From the IMG/VR virus record IMGVR_UViG_3300043438_001221: a stretch of DNA of 64,000 bases, one strand, 5' to 3'. This document shows, one piece after another, positions 37,894 to 47,443 of the stretch (its first letter is position 1; each line of letters starts with the position of its first letter). The notes beneath the pieces were generated by a model. That model did no database searches and was not told where the DNA came from. It worked only from the letters and a program-made list of their open reading frames with translations. The translations under genes and the position numbers were made by a program. The DNA comes from a virus.

Positions 37894-38592
37894 CCTCTCC
37901 CCACAAATCTCCCAATACTCCCGTTCCTTCTCAATCCTGATATATCCCCGCCCAAGGTTCTTCGCAGCAACCAAAGTTGAACCAACCCCTGCCACGCAAT
38001 CCAGAACAACATCCCCTTCATCCGAGTAAGTGCTTACCAAATATTCCAATAGATCAACTGGTTTTTGGGCGGAATGTTTGCGGGAATAGTTATCCACACA
38101 TTTGAAATCCAGAATATTATCGGGAAATCTAGTGGTCTTACCCCCTTCATAATCCCTAATATTAACACCGTGATAAGCGTTGCCATTGCTACAACCCTTG
38201 GCGGAATTGGTAGGAACATGCCCATCCGTGATTTGGGGGTTGTATTTCTTACCACCAAAGATGCAGATTTCCTCCACCTTTCTAATTGGCATTCTCTTGG
38301 CGTGGAAGAAATTCGTGCCTTGGTTCTTCCGCCAATACCAACAATATTTGAATTTTCTGATATTGGAATTGATGAGCATGGTGGTGAATGGTTGGCTACC
38401 GAAAATCGCCGCCACATAATCCTTTTTTCCGATTCTATCAAATTCTTTCCACAACAGATCAAATGATATAATGGAATCCCATTTTGGGGCTGTCATCCCA
38501 TACGGCGGGTCAATGCATATGAAATCCACGCTCTTATCAGCAATATTTCCCATCAGTTCCAAACAATCCCCATACCAAATTTCTTGAATCAT
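37867..38592 (-). CDS. DNA methyltransferase, beta class (N6-A or N4-C)
   Basis: GDCLELM, DPPY, HSAQKPVDLL, DCVAGVGST. Confidence 0.9.
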   Translation of the reverse strand: MIQEIWYGDCLELMGNIADKSVDFICIDPPYGMTAPKWDSIISFDLLWKEFDRIGKKDYVAAIFGSQPFTTMLINSNIRKFKYCWYWRKNQGTNFFHAKRMPIRKVEEICIFGGKKYNPQITDGHVPTNSAKGCSNGNAYHGVNIRDYEGGKTTRFPDNILDFKCVDNYSRKHSAQKPVDLLEYLVSTYSDEGDVVLDCVAGVGSTLVAAKNLGRGYIRIEKEREYWEICGERLTNNNDMV

Positions 38593-38597
38593 ACCCA

Positions 38598-38625
38598 ATC
38601 ATATCATCTCCTCTAGATTTTTCAA
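38598..38625 (-). promoter_or_regulatory. sigma70-type promoter TTGAAA-16-TATGAT, 5 nt before ATG
   Basis: Same geometry as the other early-type promoters. Confidence 0.65.
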
Positions 38626-38646
38626 CCCATTTCACTAAATAATACC

Positions 38647-39084
38647 ATGAGCATCTATTCGTTCCAAACCGTCCTCCTTTCCGCCCAAAAAACCGGAACT
38701 CCTAACCTTATCAACACTTCCCTATCCGCTACGGGTGTCACCTATCTCTCCGGTGCAAACGTTCTGCTTGCCACACGCCAAACAGGTGTCGTATCCCTTT
38801 CCACCACGGACGTAGGGCTTGCCTACACCCCCACGGAATTCTTCGTCACATCCCCATCTTTCTCCCTTGCCGCTTACCCAAACGTCACCGTGAATGTCCT
38901 TGGATCAGTGTTTAACATTCCAGCATCTCTCAATGGTGCGGAGATGGCAGTCGTCAACACGAACAATTCCTACTCAGTCTTTAAATTCCTTAGCTCTGTG
39001 ACTACGGTTCCCGCTTCCGCATTCTCTGAGACTTTCTCGGTGTCCACGGCTGATACCCGTCGCAAGAGATTGCTCGGATATTAA
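38647..39084 (+). CDS. late structural protein (S/T/V-rich), possible capsid decoration protein
   Basis: TAAATA-N5-ATG, own terminator, composition typical of virion surface proteins. Confidence 0.55.
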   Translation: MSIYSFQTVLLSAQKTGTPNLINTSLSATGVTYLSGANVLLATRQTGVVSLSTTDVGLAYTPTEFFVTSPSFSLAAYPNVTVNVLGSVFNIPASLNGAEMAVVNTNNSYSVFKFLSSVTTVPASAFSETFSVSTADTRRKRLLGY

Positions 39085-39118
39085 AAAATGGACGGAAAGT
39101 GTCCGTTTTTGTATTTTT
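39084..39118 (+). terminator. rho-independent terminator
   Basis: AAAAATGGAC-GGAAAGT-GTCCGTTTTT followed by GTATTTTT. Confidence 0.6.
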
Positions 39119-39126
39119 CAGCACAC

Positions 39127-39154
39127 TTGACATTTGTTTTATGTGTGGTATCAT
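39127..39154 (+). promoter_or_regulatory. sigma70-type promoter TTGACA-16-TATCAT, 6 nt before ATG 39161
   Basis: Consensus -35 and TG-extended -10. Confidence 0.75.
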
Positions 39155-39160
39155 GGTGAC

Positions 39161-39571
39161 ATGAAATGTCCATTATGTGATAAGAGCGATGAAGTGATGT
39201 CATACCCATCAGGAAAAACATATTGCCATGATTGTGGGGAATGGTTCATAGCCAAACACCCCACAATTAAAGATGAAAGTATAGGTGCATATAAATATAT
39301 AAAACCAGAATTTTTGGAAAGAATCAGATCGCTGGTGGAATCTCATCCTCGAACAAAACTTCCTAAAACGCCTCCAGATGGTTTGCTCCACAGCATGGCG
39401 ATCCGTTATGACCATGGTTTGGGACTTCCCGGATATTACGACACTATTCCAGATACGGACGAAGGGGCGCATGAACGCAAGTATCAAGCCACCATTAGAA
39501 TTATGAGTCAGCTTTATGAAGAAGTTTCCGGTCATGGATTTTATAAATGGGAGGAATTTACAAATGAATAA
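39161..39571 (+). CDS. hypothetical protein with N-terminal Zn ribbon
   Basis: CPLC...CHDC; start set by the promoter. Confidence 0.65.
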   Translation: MKCPLCDKSDEVMSYPSGKTYCHDCGEWFIAKHPTIKDESIGAYKYIKPEFLERIRSLVESHPRTKLPKTPPDGLLHSMAIRYDHGLGLPGYYDTIPDTDEGAHERKYQATIRIMSQLYEEVSGHGFYKWEEFTNE

Positions 39572-40331
39572 TTGCTACGTTCATCCGATTGGTGGTTTGG
39601 GAAACCAGCTATTCATCATTGCTGCTGGATACGCCTATGCCAAGAAGCATAACAAGAAGCTGATCATCGTTCCCGATAATTGGTTTGCTGGGCAAGGTAA
39701 TAGTGTGTTATCCTATAAAGATACGATCTTTTGCAATTTTGAGTATGGTTCCTTACCATTTACCAGAGATGTCATTCCCGTGCATGAGCAAAGATTTAAT
39801 TACAATGAATTACCTTTTGTCCATGGGAGTGTTTCCCTTCATGGGTATTTCCAATCCCTGAAATATTTCGAGGATGTTAAGGATGAATTTATATCTTTGT
39901 TAAATTTACCCGATATTGATAATACTTCTTTTAGGACTCAGAAGGGTTCCCATATTCCATTGATTGGTGTTCATATCAGACGAGGAGATTACATGCTTCA
40001 TAGGAACATCCATCACGTTTGCAACACTGAATATTTTAATCATCTTTTACACGAATTTGAAAATTACAATCTTGTAGGGTTTACAGATTCCCCTGCTCAT
40101 GTGTTGGAGGAATTTTCCAATTTTAAATTACAAATACCGATTTTCAATTCCGATCTGGATTCATTTACATCAATGAGTAAATGTGATATTATAGTAGGAA
40201 GCAATTCCACTTTCTCTTGGTGGGCATCTTTGATTGGTAGAAAAACCTGTCACTTTCCATCCAAATGGTTTGCCGATGGGAGGGAACATGGGGATATTTA
40301 CAGAAAGGATATGATATTACACGATGTTTGA
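39564..40331 (+). CDS. GT11 alpha-1,2-fucosyltransferase-like
   Basis: GGLGNQLF, GYFQS.KYF, GVHIRRGDY, SNSTFSWWA. Confidence 0.9.
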   Translation: MNNCYVHPIGGLGNQLFIIAAGYAYAKKHNKKLIIVPDNWFAGQGNSVLSYKDTIFCNFEYGSLPFTRDVIPVHEQRFNYNELPFVHGSVSLHGYFQSLKYFEDVKDEFISLLNLPDIDNTSFRTQKGSHIPLIGVHIRRGDYMLHRNIHHVCNTEYFNHLLHEFENYNLVGFTDSPAHVLEEFSNFKLQIPIFNSDLDSFTSMSKCDIIVGSNSTFSWWASLIGRKTCHFPSKWFADGREHGDIYRKDMILHDV

Positions 40332-40587
40332 TTCAATCAATCACATGCTATTTGATAAGAAAGGGGAGATGACCAACGAATTGTTGGAAGAGTTCTCCCC
40401 CTACATGGTGACTCGATATCTGAGTTTCTATGACGATGACCTGTTGAATTATGCCAACGAGACTGTAAATAAATATAATAGTATTTTTGAAAATGATGAA
40501 GAGCGGTTTCGGTTCTTTGAGAATGTGATCCCCAAGCTGAAACGGAAAAGAATTAATTATATTTCTAGAAAAAGAAAAGTGGGATGA
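40324..40587 (+). CDS. 62: clamp loader small subunit gp62-like
   Basis: FD.IN, FSPYMVTRYLS, YANETVN, FFENVIPK.KR. Confidence 0.65.
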   Translation: MFDSINHMLFDKKGEMTNELLEEFSPYMVTRYLSFYDDDLLNYANETVNKYNSIFENDEERFRFFENVIPKLKRKRINYISRKRKVG

Positions 40588-41348
40588 AAGCTCTTGTAGT
40601 ATGCCCAACTTATGGGCGAATCCCATACTTGGGAAGAATGTTGGCATCTTTTTTATCACAAGATTATGATGATAAAGAATTGGTAATTATCAATGATGAT
40701 AAAAACGTCGAGTTGTGTTGTGATTATAAAAATGTAAGAGTTATCAATTGTGATGCGAGATTGACAGTTGCACATAAAAGAAATATTGGAGTGTCCATTG
40801 GAAATCATGATATCATATTTCCAATGGACGATGATGATATATTTCTATCAAATAGAATGAGTAATCACATCTCCAAATATGGTAATATAACAGCATATAG
40901 AAATGCCGCTTGTTATGTAATTTATGGGAATCAATTTATTACAGGAGGATCGTCTCCAAATGCGGTATCTTATTTAAAAAAATCTTGGCTTAAAATTGGA
41001 GGGTATAAAATGTTGGATGATATTAGGGCAGACGATACACATCTATACTTCGAATTGCGAGATAATGGAGGGTTACACGAGGTAAATGATGTGGATGATA
41101 TTGATTTTGTTTATCATTTCGGGGGTGTAAATTATCATTTGTCATCCACCACTCAAGAAAATATCGAAAAAATAGCATACCAACAGTTGCAGCGCATGGA
41201 TTTGGTTGATGGAAAATATTGGATAGAGCCAAACTACCATCAGTTGAAAAAGATCACAGATTTGGTAGATTTGTTTAAAACGAATAAAGAAAATATAAAA
41301 ATTATTCATGGGGGGGATTGTGAATTTACAGTTGACAATGAAAAATAA
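40584..41348 (+). CDS. GT2 glycosyltransferase
   Basis: VCPTYGR, QDY..KELVIIND, KRNIG, MDDDD, GGY. Confidence 0.85.
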   Translation: MKALVVCPTYGRIPYLGRMLASFLSQDYDDKELVIINDDKNVELCCDYKNVRVINCDARLTVAHKRNIGVSIGNHDIIFPMDDDDIFLSNRMSNHISKYGNITAYRNAACYVIYGNQFITGGSSPNAVSYLKKSWLKIGGYKMLDDIRADDTHLYFELRDNGGLHEVNDVDDIDFVYHFGGVNYHLSSTTQENIEKIAYQQLQRMDLVDGKYWIEPNYHQLKKITDLVDLFKTNKENIKIIHGGDCEFTVDNEK

Positions 41349-41363
41349 TATCTAAATATTCCC

Positions 41364-41789
41364 ATGACAGTATCCATTGATAAGTTAGCACCCCAAAAAT
41401 CCCACATTGATCTAAACGATCCCAACCTTCCCACTGACTTCGGAATGGATGATTATATCCTATCCCGTCTGATGGACGATGTGATGCTCGTTGAGTATTG
41501 TGACCTCGCCCAAGGAACCCAAGAATCGGGAGATTTCGTCCAGCGTGGTAGTCTTCTCATTCCAGTGGCAAACGTTGATAAGATGTGGCGCAAGGGGAAG
41601 GTGATTCTCAAGGGGCCGAATGTTCTCTTTACGGAGGTTGGGGAGATTGTGGTGTTCCCCAGCGGTATGGGAAGCGGTGTGAGTAATCTGGAAGTCAAAG
41701 GCTACGGAAAAGTGAAGAACGGACTGTTCTTGAATGAGCAACGCATGTTTGGCGTTTGTGAATTAAATGAGACTGATAAAACGAACTGA
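41364..41789 (+). CDS. GroES-like co-chaperonin (gp31 analogue)
   Basis: DDVMLVE...GSLLIP...KGKVILKGP....VGEIVVF...LNEQRMFGV; TAAATA-N5-ATG. Confidence 0.75.
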   Translation: MTVSIDKLAPQKSHIDLNDPNLPTDFGMDDYILSRLMDDVMLVEYCDLAQGTQESGDFVQRGSLLIPVANVDKMWRKGKVILKGPNVLFTEVGEIVVFPSGMGSGVSNLEVKGYGKVKNGLFLNEQRMFGVCELNETDKTN

Positions 41790-42180
41790 GTTACAGCGTT
41801 TGCTGAAAAGCAATATTTGTGACCTGATGATTATCCGTAGAAGACCGGAACGCGCCCCCGGAAGACCGGACATTCGCCAGATGTTATGCACGAATAGCTA
41901 CGAGATTCTGCGTTCTGAAAACGGATTGAGAACCCTCCAATATCAAGGTTCTCTGGAACCCAAAAAGATCAATGAACGTAAACATAATATCGTAGTAGCG
42001 TGGGATATTTTTATGCAATCATATAGAAATATATCAATGGACATGTGCTACCTTGTTCAACAAATGCCAGCAGATGATACGTTCTGGCCGTTCTTTAATG
42101 AAAAAATATACCCCATGAGTGCCAATGAAAAAATGCGATACATGGACATTGAACTCAATCTTGACCCCTTTCCAAAATGA
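41767..42180 (+). CDS. hypothetical protein, possible WYL_2/SH3-like fold
   Basis: RQMLCTN...VVAWDIFMQSYRNI. Confidence 0.55.
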   Translation: MRLIKRTELQRLLKSNICDLMIIRRRPERAPGRPDIRQMLCTNSYEILRSENGLRTLQYQGSLEPKKINERKHNIVVAWDIFMQSYRNISMDMCYLVQQMPADDTFWPFFNEKIYPMSANEKMRYMDIELNLDPFPK

Positions 42181-42506
42181 TTAGAATTGAAGAACACCTA
42201 AAACAACTGATTTTCCGTGATGTGAAATTCGTATTAAATTCCCGAACAATTCGGGAGGGAAAAATACAAATGTTCAACACCAAGCAGAATTTTGTAAAAT
42301 TCAAGATTGAGGAAAGCGGGGAAATCAAGGAGTGGGAAATCTCCTATCCCTATGACATCAAGATCACGGACGGAGGATTTATTTTCGATTATGCCTTGAG
42401 TGCATTCTGTCCCCGAACGGAAGAGGTGTATTGGAAAATGCGGATGTTGAACAAATCGGAAGCGTCCAAATTCTTTGACAATCACCTTTACGTGATCACG
42501 GGTTGA
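42177..42506 (+). CDS. hypothetical protein
   Basis: 109 aa, ATGA overlap. Confidence 0.6.
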   Translation: MIRIEEHLKQLIFRDVKFVLNSRTIREGKIQMFNTKQNFVKFKIEESGEIKEWEISYPYDIKITDGGFIFDYALSAFCPRTEEVYWKMRMLNKSEASKFFDNHLYVITG

Positions 42507-42530
42507 CTTCTGAATTTTGTCTGGTATCAT
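42503..42530 (+). promoter_or_regulatory. sigma70-type promoter TTGACT-16-TATCAT, 6 nt before ATG 42537
   Basis: Same geometry as 39127. Confidence 0.75.
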
Positions 42531-42536
42531 CCAGTT

Positions 42537-42794
42537 ATGACATTCAATATTAACGATTACGTTAAAGTTAGACTAACTGATGTTGGAAGACAATTACATA
42601 GAAAAAATTGGGAGGATATAATTCCTGAAACACCACTCAAAATTGAATTTTTAAATAAATACCAACCTCCGTCAGAAGATAATAATGGATGGTCTGAATG
42701 GCAAATGTGGGATTTGATGTCAGAATTTGGGAGGTATATGTACCTCAATTGCAATCCGCCCTTTGAGACTGAAATTGAAATTGTTGAAAAATGA
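42537..42794 (+). CDS. hypothetical protein
   Basis: 85 aa, follows the promoter, ATGA overlap with the helicase. Confidence 0.65.
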   Translation: MTFNINDYVKVRLTDVGRQLHRKNWEDIIPETPLKIEFLNKYQPPSEDNNGWSEWQMWDLMSEFGRYMYLNCNPPFETEIEIVEK

Positions 42795-44416
42795 ATAATC
42801 TAATCTTAAACTTTCCAGAGGGATTCAATCCCCGTGATAAACAAGCCAAAGCTCTCAATGCCATTGAAAAAGCATTTGAGAATGGTAAGAAATTCGTAAT
42901 CGTCCATGCGGATACTGGCGTGGGAAAAACACATTTAGCCAAAACATTGGGGAATGTATCCAAAGATGTTCCCGCCGAATTTGAACGGATTGTCAGAAAC
43001 TACAGTGTTTTCAGTGATGAGGGGGCTGATATGGTTGCCGATTTCCAACCCTTTGGTTGTTATGCCCTGACAATCACGAAATCCCTACAAGACCAATATC
43101 AGATGACCTTTGATGATACGGGAATGCTGAAAGGTAAAAGTAATTACCAATGCGATGTGGATGATACCCTATCGGTTGATGTTGCTCCCTGTATCTACGT
43201 GGCAAACCAGAAGAATGAATGTTGGAAAGCAAATCGCTGCCCTTATTACAATTCCCGTAATGACATGCTGACTGCTAAATTCTCCACTCTGAATTACAGT
43301 ATGTTTTTCTCCTTGCCGAATCATCTCAAGACAAGACAGGTGATGGTGTGTGACGAAGGATCGGAATTGGAAGAGCAATTGGTGAGCCAATTCACATGTG
43401 AGGTGGACATTCCATTCCTGATGAAGACGCAGACGTTGGTGACACCGTTTCCCAATGATGATAAGAACAAGCCCAAGGTTCTCTCATGGGTGAACTCCCT
43501 GATTGAGAAAGTGGAAACATCTTGCGCGGATTACAAGGAATGGTTCTCATCCAATACCGTCAAGAAAGACATCATCACGTTCAACAAGAAGAAACAGGAA
43601 TACACGAAACTGACAAATCTTTTTAATTCTCTTGGATTACTTTCCGAATCTTTCTATGACAGTGATTATATCATTGAGCGAGTGGAATACGGCATCCGTT
43701 TCATTCCCCTGAAAGTTGATGTGCTTTCCAAGCATCTGTTCTCCCATGCGGAGAAGGTGGTTATTATGTCGGCAACGATTATTGATCCCGATGCGTATTG
43801 CAAATCTCTGGGAATCAAGGATTATGAATACATCCATGTGGGAACTGATTTTGAGCCTGAGAAATCCCCCATTCATATTATGGCGAAACAAAAGCTGAAT
43901 TTTAATAATTTAAAGACCATGCTTCCAACGCTGATGAAACAGATTGAAGGAATTCTGGAACATCATAAGGATGAGAAAGGGATCATTCACACCCACACAC
44001 ATTTCCTGACTGAATATATTCAGAATAATGTTAAAACAAATCGTTTTCTGTGTAGGGAAAAGGGGGTGAATAATGAGCAGCTTTTGGAAATGCATGAGGA
44101 ATCCGAGGAACCCACTGTTCTGGTGTCTCCATCCATGACCTACGGAGTTGACCTGAAAGGCGATCTGGCGCGGTTCCAGATCATCCTGAAGGCACCGTGG
44201 CTACCAACCAAGGATGTGCGGGTGGAGAAGCTGATGAAGCTTGACAAGGATTGGTATGGTAATCAGATGTTGAAGACACTGGTACAAGCTTGTGGGCGCG
44301 GTGTCCGTTCGGAAGATGATTATTGTGAAACATATATTCTTGACGGGAGCATTTTTGATGCTATAAACAGGAACAAGAAGAAGTTGCCGAAGTTCTTTCT
44401 GGATAGATTTAATTGA
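42791..44416 (+). CDS. DinG/XPD-like SF2 helicase with Fe-S cluster motif
   Basis: PRDKQ, ADTGVGKT, LQDQY, KGKSNYQC..C..C..CPYY, MSAT, GVDL, QACGRGVRSEDD. Confidence 0.88.
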   Translation: MNNLILNFPEGFNPRDKQAKALNAIEKAFENGKKFVIVHADTGVGKTHLAKTLGNVSKDVPAEFERIVRNYSVFSDEGADMVADFQPFGCYALTITKSLQDQYQMTFDDTGMLKGKSNYQCDVDDTLSVDVAPCIYVANQKNECWKANRCPYYNSRNDMLTAKFSTLNYSMFFSLPNHLKTRQVMVCDEGSELEEQLVSQFTCEVDIPFLMKTQTLVTPFPNDDKNKPKVLSWVNSLIEKVETSCADYKEWFSSNTVKKDIITFNKKKQEYTKLTNLFNSLGLLSESFYDSDYIIERVEYGIRFIPLKVDVLSKHLFSHAEKVVIMSATIIDPDAYCKSLGIKDYEYIHVGTDFEPEKSPIHIMAKQKLNFNNLKTMLPTLMKQIEGILEHHKDEKGIIHTHTHFLTEYIQNNVKTNRFLCREKGVNNEQLLEMHEESEEPTVLVSPSMTYGVDLKGDLARFQIILKAPWLPTKDVRVEKLMKLDKDWYGNQMLKTLVQACGRGVRSEDDYCETYILDGSIFDAINRNKKKLPKFFLDRFN

Positions 44417-44502
44417 TACAATTTTTAGTGAAAAAAATAGTAAAACATGGCAAATTTAGAATATTCATTTCAGATAAAGTAGAAACGCGAAAATATAATA
44501 GT

Positions 44503-45645
44503 GTGAGTAAAATAAAAACAATAATCGACAAATCGTTGGAAAACGTGTTCTGGGTTTCCCATCAGGGTAAATTCCTTGGCTCTTCCGACTACCCCCAAGA
44601 ATTTGAGCAGAAATATGGGAACATCTCCTATGCGTCTCTGGCAATAGATGACTATCTTTTTGACAAGCAGCAGCTTGAGAGAATCCATGATTTCCTGAGA
44701 AAATGGAATTTTGATGTTGCACAGCAATACAAGATCAACGAATACAACACAGGATATTATTACTGCGATGATCTGACGCTTATGGTTCGGGCAACATTCG
44801 GTATGCCGGAAGATAAGATTGATAAAGATGATGATGAAGATGCGTTCACACCAAATAACGGGGGAATTACAATTAGTTTTTCTCCGCTGATTAAGAATCG
44901 GAAGATGATCGAGGACTTTTTGAAGGAATTTGTGGATGGGGAATTTTGGTTTTTACCTGCTTCGGAGAAGAATTTTTATATGATTGCTCAAACTCAGCAT
45001 GGGTTGACGAAAAGAAAAACAAATTTTGCGAATATTGAAATTAAAGATGATAGATACGATTTATATTACGGTGAGGATTTCCCGAAAGATAAGATCATGA
45101 GCTTTGTTAAGGATAAACATCCTGAAAGTTTGTTACTTTTTCACGGGGTTCCCGGTAGCGGAAAATCAAATTTGATTAAAAATCTGATTACTGAATGTGA
45201 AGATGATGTCATTTACATCCCACCTTCCATGGTATCAGTTATTTCCCAACCATCCTTCATATCATTCATGTTAGACAATCGCGGATGCGTCCTGCTGATT
45301 GAAGATGCTGAAGAGATATTATCCGTTGATAGAAATTCAGGAACACAAAACATTTTGGGTATGACCGATGGTTTCCTCCGCGACTGCATGGGAATGCGTA
45401 TAATTTGCACATTTAATTGCGATTTGAAAAAGGTTGATCCCGCCCTTTTGAGGAAGGGGAGGCTTTACCTAGAATACCGTTTTGGTGAACTTTCCATCAA
45501 AGATGGTCAGAGATTGGCTGATTATTGTGAGCTTGACATTACAATCGATAAGGAAATGACGCTTGCGGATATTTTCAATTACCATAAGGATAACACATCT
45601 ACCAAGTCGTTTGAGGATCGTCTAATGGGATTTGGGAATTTTTAA
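44503..45645 (+). CDS. AAA+ ATPase
   Basis: HGVPGSGKS, LLIEDAE, ICTFN, DPALLRKGRL; start uncertain (frame open from 44413). Confidence 0.85.
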   Translation: MSKIKTIIDKSLENVFWVSHQGKFLGSSDYPQEFEQKYGNISYASLAIDDYLFDKQQLERIHDFLRKWNFDVAQQYKINEYNTGYYYCDDLTLMVRATFGMPEDKIDKDDDEDAFTPNNGGITISFSPLIKNRKMIEDFLKEFVDGEFWFLPASEKNFYMIAQTQHGLTKRKTNFANIEIKDDRYDLYYGEDFPKDKIMSFVKDKHPESLLLFHGVPGSGKSNLIKNLITECEDDVIYIPPSMVSVISQPSFISFMLDNRGCVLLIEDAEEILSVDRNSGTQNILGMTDGFLRDCMGMRIICTFNCDLKKVDPALLRKGRLYLEYRFGELSIKDGQRLADYCELDITIDKEMTLADIFNYHKDNTSTKSFEDRLMGFGNF

Positions 45646-45646
45646 T

Positions 45647-45877
45647 ATGAATGTTGTCATAGATGGTATCAAATATGTTCCCGAATACACCATTCCACCA
45701 TTGGATGATGTAAGATTGGAACGTTGTATCCAAGAATTGTTATCAATTCAAAGATTTCCAGAATACACTAATAAGCACCGAGCTTGGGCTTGGGACGCTC
45801 TAAACGCCATTGCGCCTGATATAGCAAAGCTACCACCTGAAAAAGTTTGGAATCTGTTTTTTGGGGATGATGAATAA
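45647..45877 (+). CDS. hypothetical protein
   Basis: Starts MNVVIDGIKYVP. Confidence 0.55.
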   Translation: MNVVIDGIKYVPEYTIPPLDDVRLERCIQELLSIQRFPEYTNKHRAWAWDALNAIAPDIAKLPPEKVWNLFFGDDE

Positions 45878-45907
45878 TGTATAATGATTAAGTAATCCTA
45901 TAACGAT

Positions 45908-46987
45908 ATGCTGGATTACAATTATTTCTTTGAAAATTCCCAACTCCTCAACCTGTTCGTAGCAGCGTTTGATGACGCTTTTGTATATCGTTATGACGCT
46001 CGCACAAGGCAAGCCAAGGAAAAGATTGAGGTTCGCTATGTCAATGGGTCGAAACATCGCGTTCTCCATGATCTGAGCGACCGAGCCAAGACGCTCACCT
46101 TACCAGTGGTGACGATTGAACAGACCGGACTGGCGCGTGATCCATCCCGTATTCACAACAAAGACCAGTTCATTTATAGGAAACAGTTGGATTCCACCAA
46201 CCGATTGGCTAAAATCCCCCAGCCAATCCCCGTCAATATTACGGTGGATGTGAATATCATCTGCTATTTCAAGGAGGATTTGGATCAGATCATCCAGAAC
46301 ATTGTCACCCAATGCAACCCATACATCATGGTTTCTTGGAAAATTCCTGAGAAATTCAATCTCCCCTTCATTGATGAGATTCGTTCGGAGATACAGATGA
46401 CGGGAGATTTCTCCTATGAAAATCCCAAAGACTTGTCTCCTGATGTGAAATGGCGCATTTCCGCTTCCAATACTTTCGTAATCAAGGGTTGGTTGTTCAA
46501 GGATCATAATCAAAATCAGAAGCCAATCTATGTCATTAATGCTGATTTTCACGCTCTTCCTGTTAGCAATCGATTCTGTGATTACAATCTCTTTGATGTG
46601 ATCAGCGCAGAAGGAGTTCAGACAGATAGTGTATCAATCAGCGCATACCCCGAATTCACCAATTATTTCGTCAATGGCATTCACCAAGGGGATTCTCTGG
46701 TTGTCACGGAACTGAACGACAGGAACTTCCAATTCTATGGAAAGCGATTTAATTATAATAATACGTGGTATCTGTCCGGTGCTTATGATATTCCTGAATT
46801 GGTATATACGGAGATTGACACTGATAAATTTCCCACGATTTCCGCCTATCTGTTGCCAGAGAATGTGATTACCACGGTGAATGATAATATTGTCACGGTG
46901 TCACTAAGTTCCAATTATTTTGCTGATTTGTCGGGTAATATGGTTTTTGTGACGGCAAATGAAGCTGGGTGGGTTGCTTCCTATTAA
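45908..46987 (+). CDS. 15: tail sheath stabiliser/terminator gp15-like with C-terminal extension
   Basis: FVAAFDD...IEVRYV...TLP....RDPSR...PIPVNI...DLDQIIQNI...F..KGWLF. Confidence 0.8.
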   Translation: MLDYNYFFENSQLLNLFVAAFDDAFVYRYDARTRQAKEKIEVRYVNGSKHRVLHDLSDRAKTLTLPVVTIEQTGLARDPSRIHNKDQFIYRKQLDSTNRLAKIPQPIPVNITVDVNIICYFKEDLDQIIQNIVTQCNPYIMVSWKIPEKFNLPFIDEIRSEIQMTGDFSYENPKDLSPDVKWRISASNTFVIKGWLFKDHNQNQKPIYVINADFHALPVSNRFCDYNLFDVISAEGVQTDSVSISAYPEFTNYFVNGIHQGDSLVVTELNDRNFQFYGKRFNYNNTWYLSGAYDIPELVYTEIDTDKFPTISAYLLPENVITTVNDNIVTVSLSSNYFADLSGNMVFVTANEAGWVASY

Positions 46988-46995
46988 ATATTTTA

Positions 46996-47409
46996 ATGTC
47001 TAATTGTTTCAAAGATTTGGGATTGATTTATGAAAGCATGGGTAATGATACCATGTCCTTAAATGATATTTATGGAGATATTGAATATGATATACCTGAA
47101 AGTGAGGCACTTTATAGTGCTATTGATCCTGAGATGGGGGATATTCAAATTCCAATTAAAACGTTATCACCAGATCAATTGTTGAAATTGACGACATATC
47201 AAGATGATACTACGGTATTCCAAGCATATAAAGATTTTGCCGATAGAGAACAGAAACAAATCGTGAACCATTACAAGAAAAATCGTAATGAATTACACGA
47301 AAATCCAATAGTCATTGATAATAATACCGCTTTGGATGGATATCATCGAATCATTGCGGCGATTTTGACCCAACAATCTTTGAAAGTATTAGATGTGTCG
47401 GATATTTAA
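46996..47409 (+). CDS. ParB/Srx-like small protein, copy 1
   Basis: PIVIDNNTALDGYHRIIAA; TAAATA-N5-ATG. Confidence 0.75.
   Translation: MSNCFKDLGLIYESMGNDTMSLNDIYGDIEYDIPESEALYSAIDPEMGDIQIPIKTLSPDQLLKLTTYQDDTTVFQAYKDFADREQKQIVNHYKKNRNELHENPIVIDNNTALDGYHRIIAAILTQQSLKVLDVSDI
47027..47405 (+). repeat. about 380-bp direct repeat, copy 1 (copy 2 at 50406..50784)
   Basis: Colinear at offset 3379 with mostly third-position differences. Confidence 0.9.
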
Positions 47410-47443
47410 TTGAATTAATGAAGATTCCCCCTAAATAATAAAT

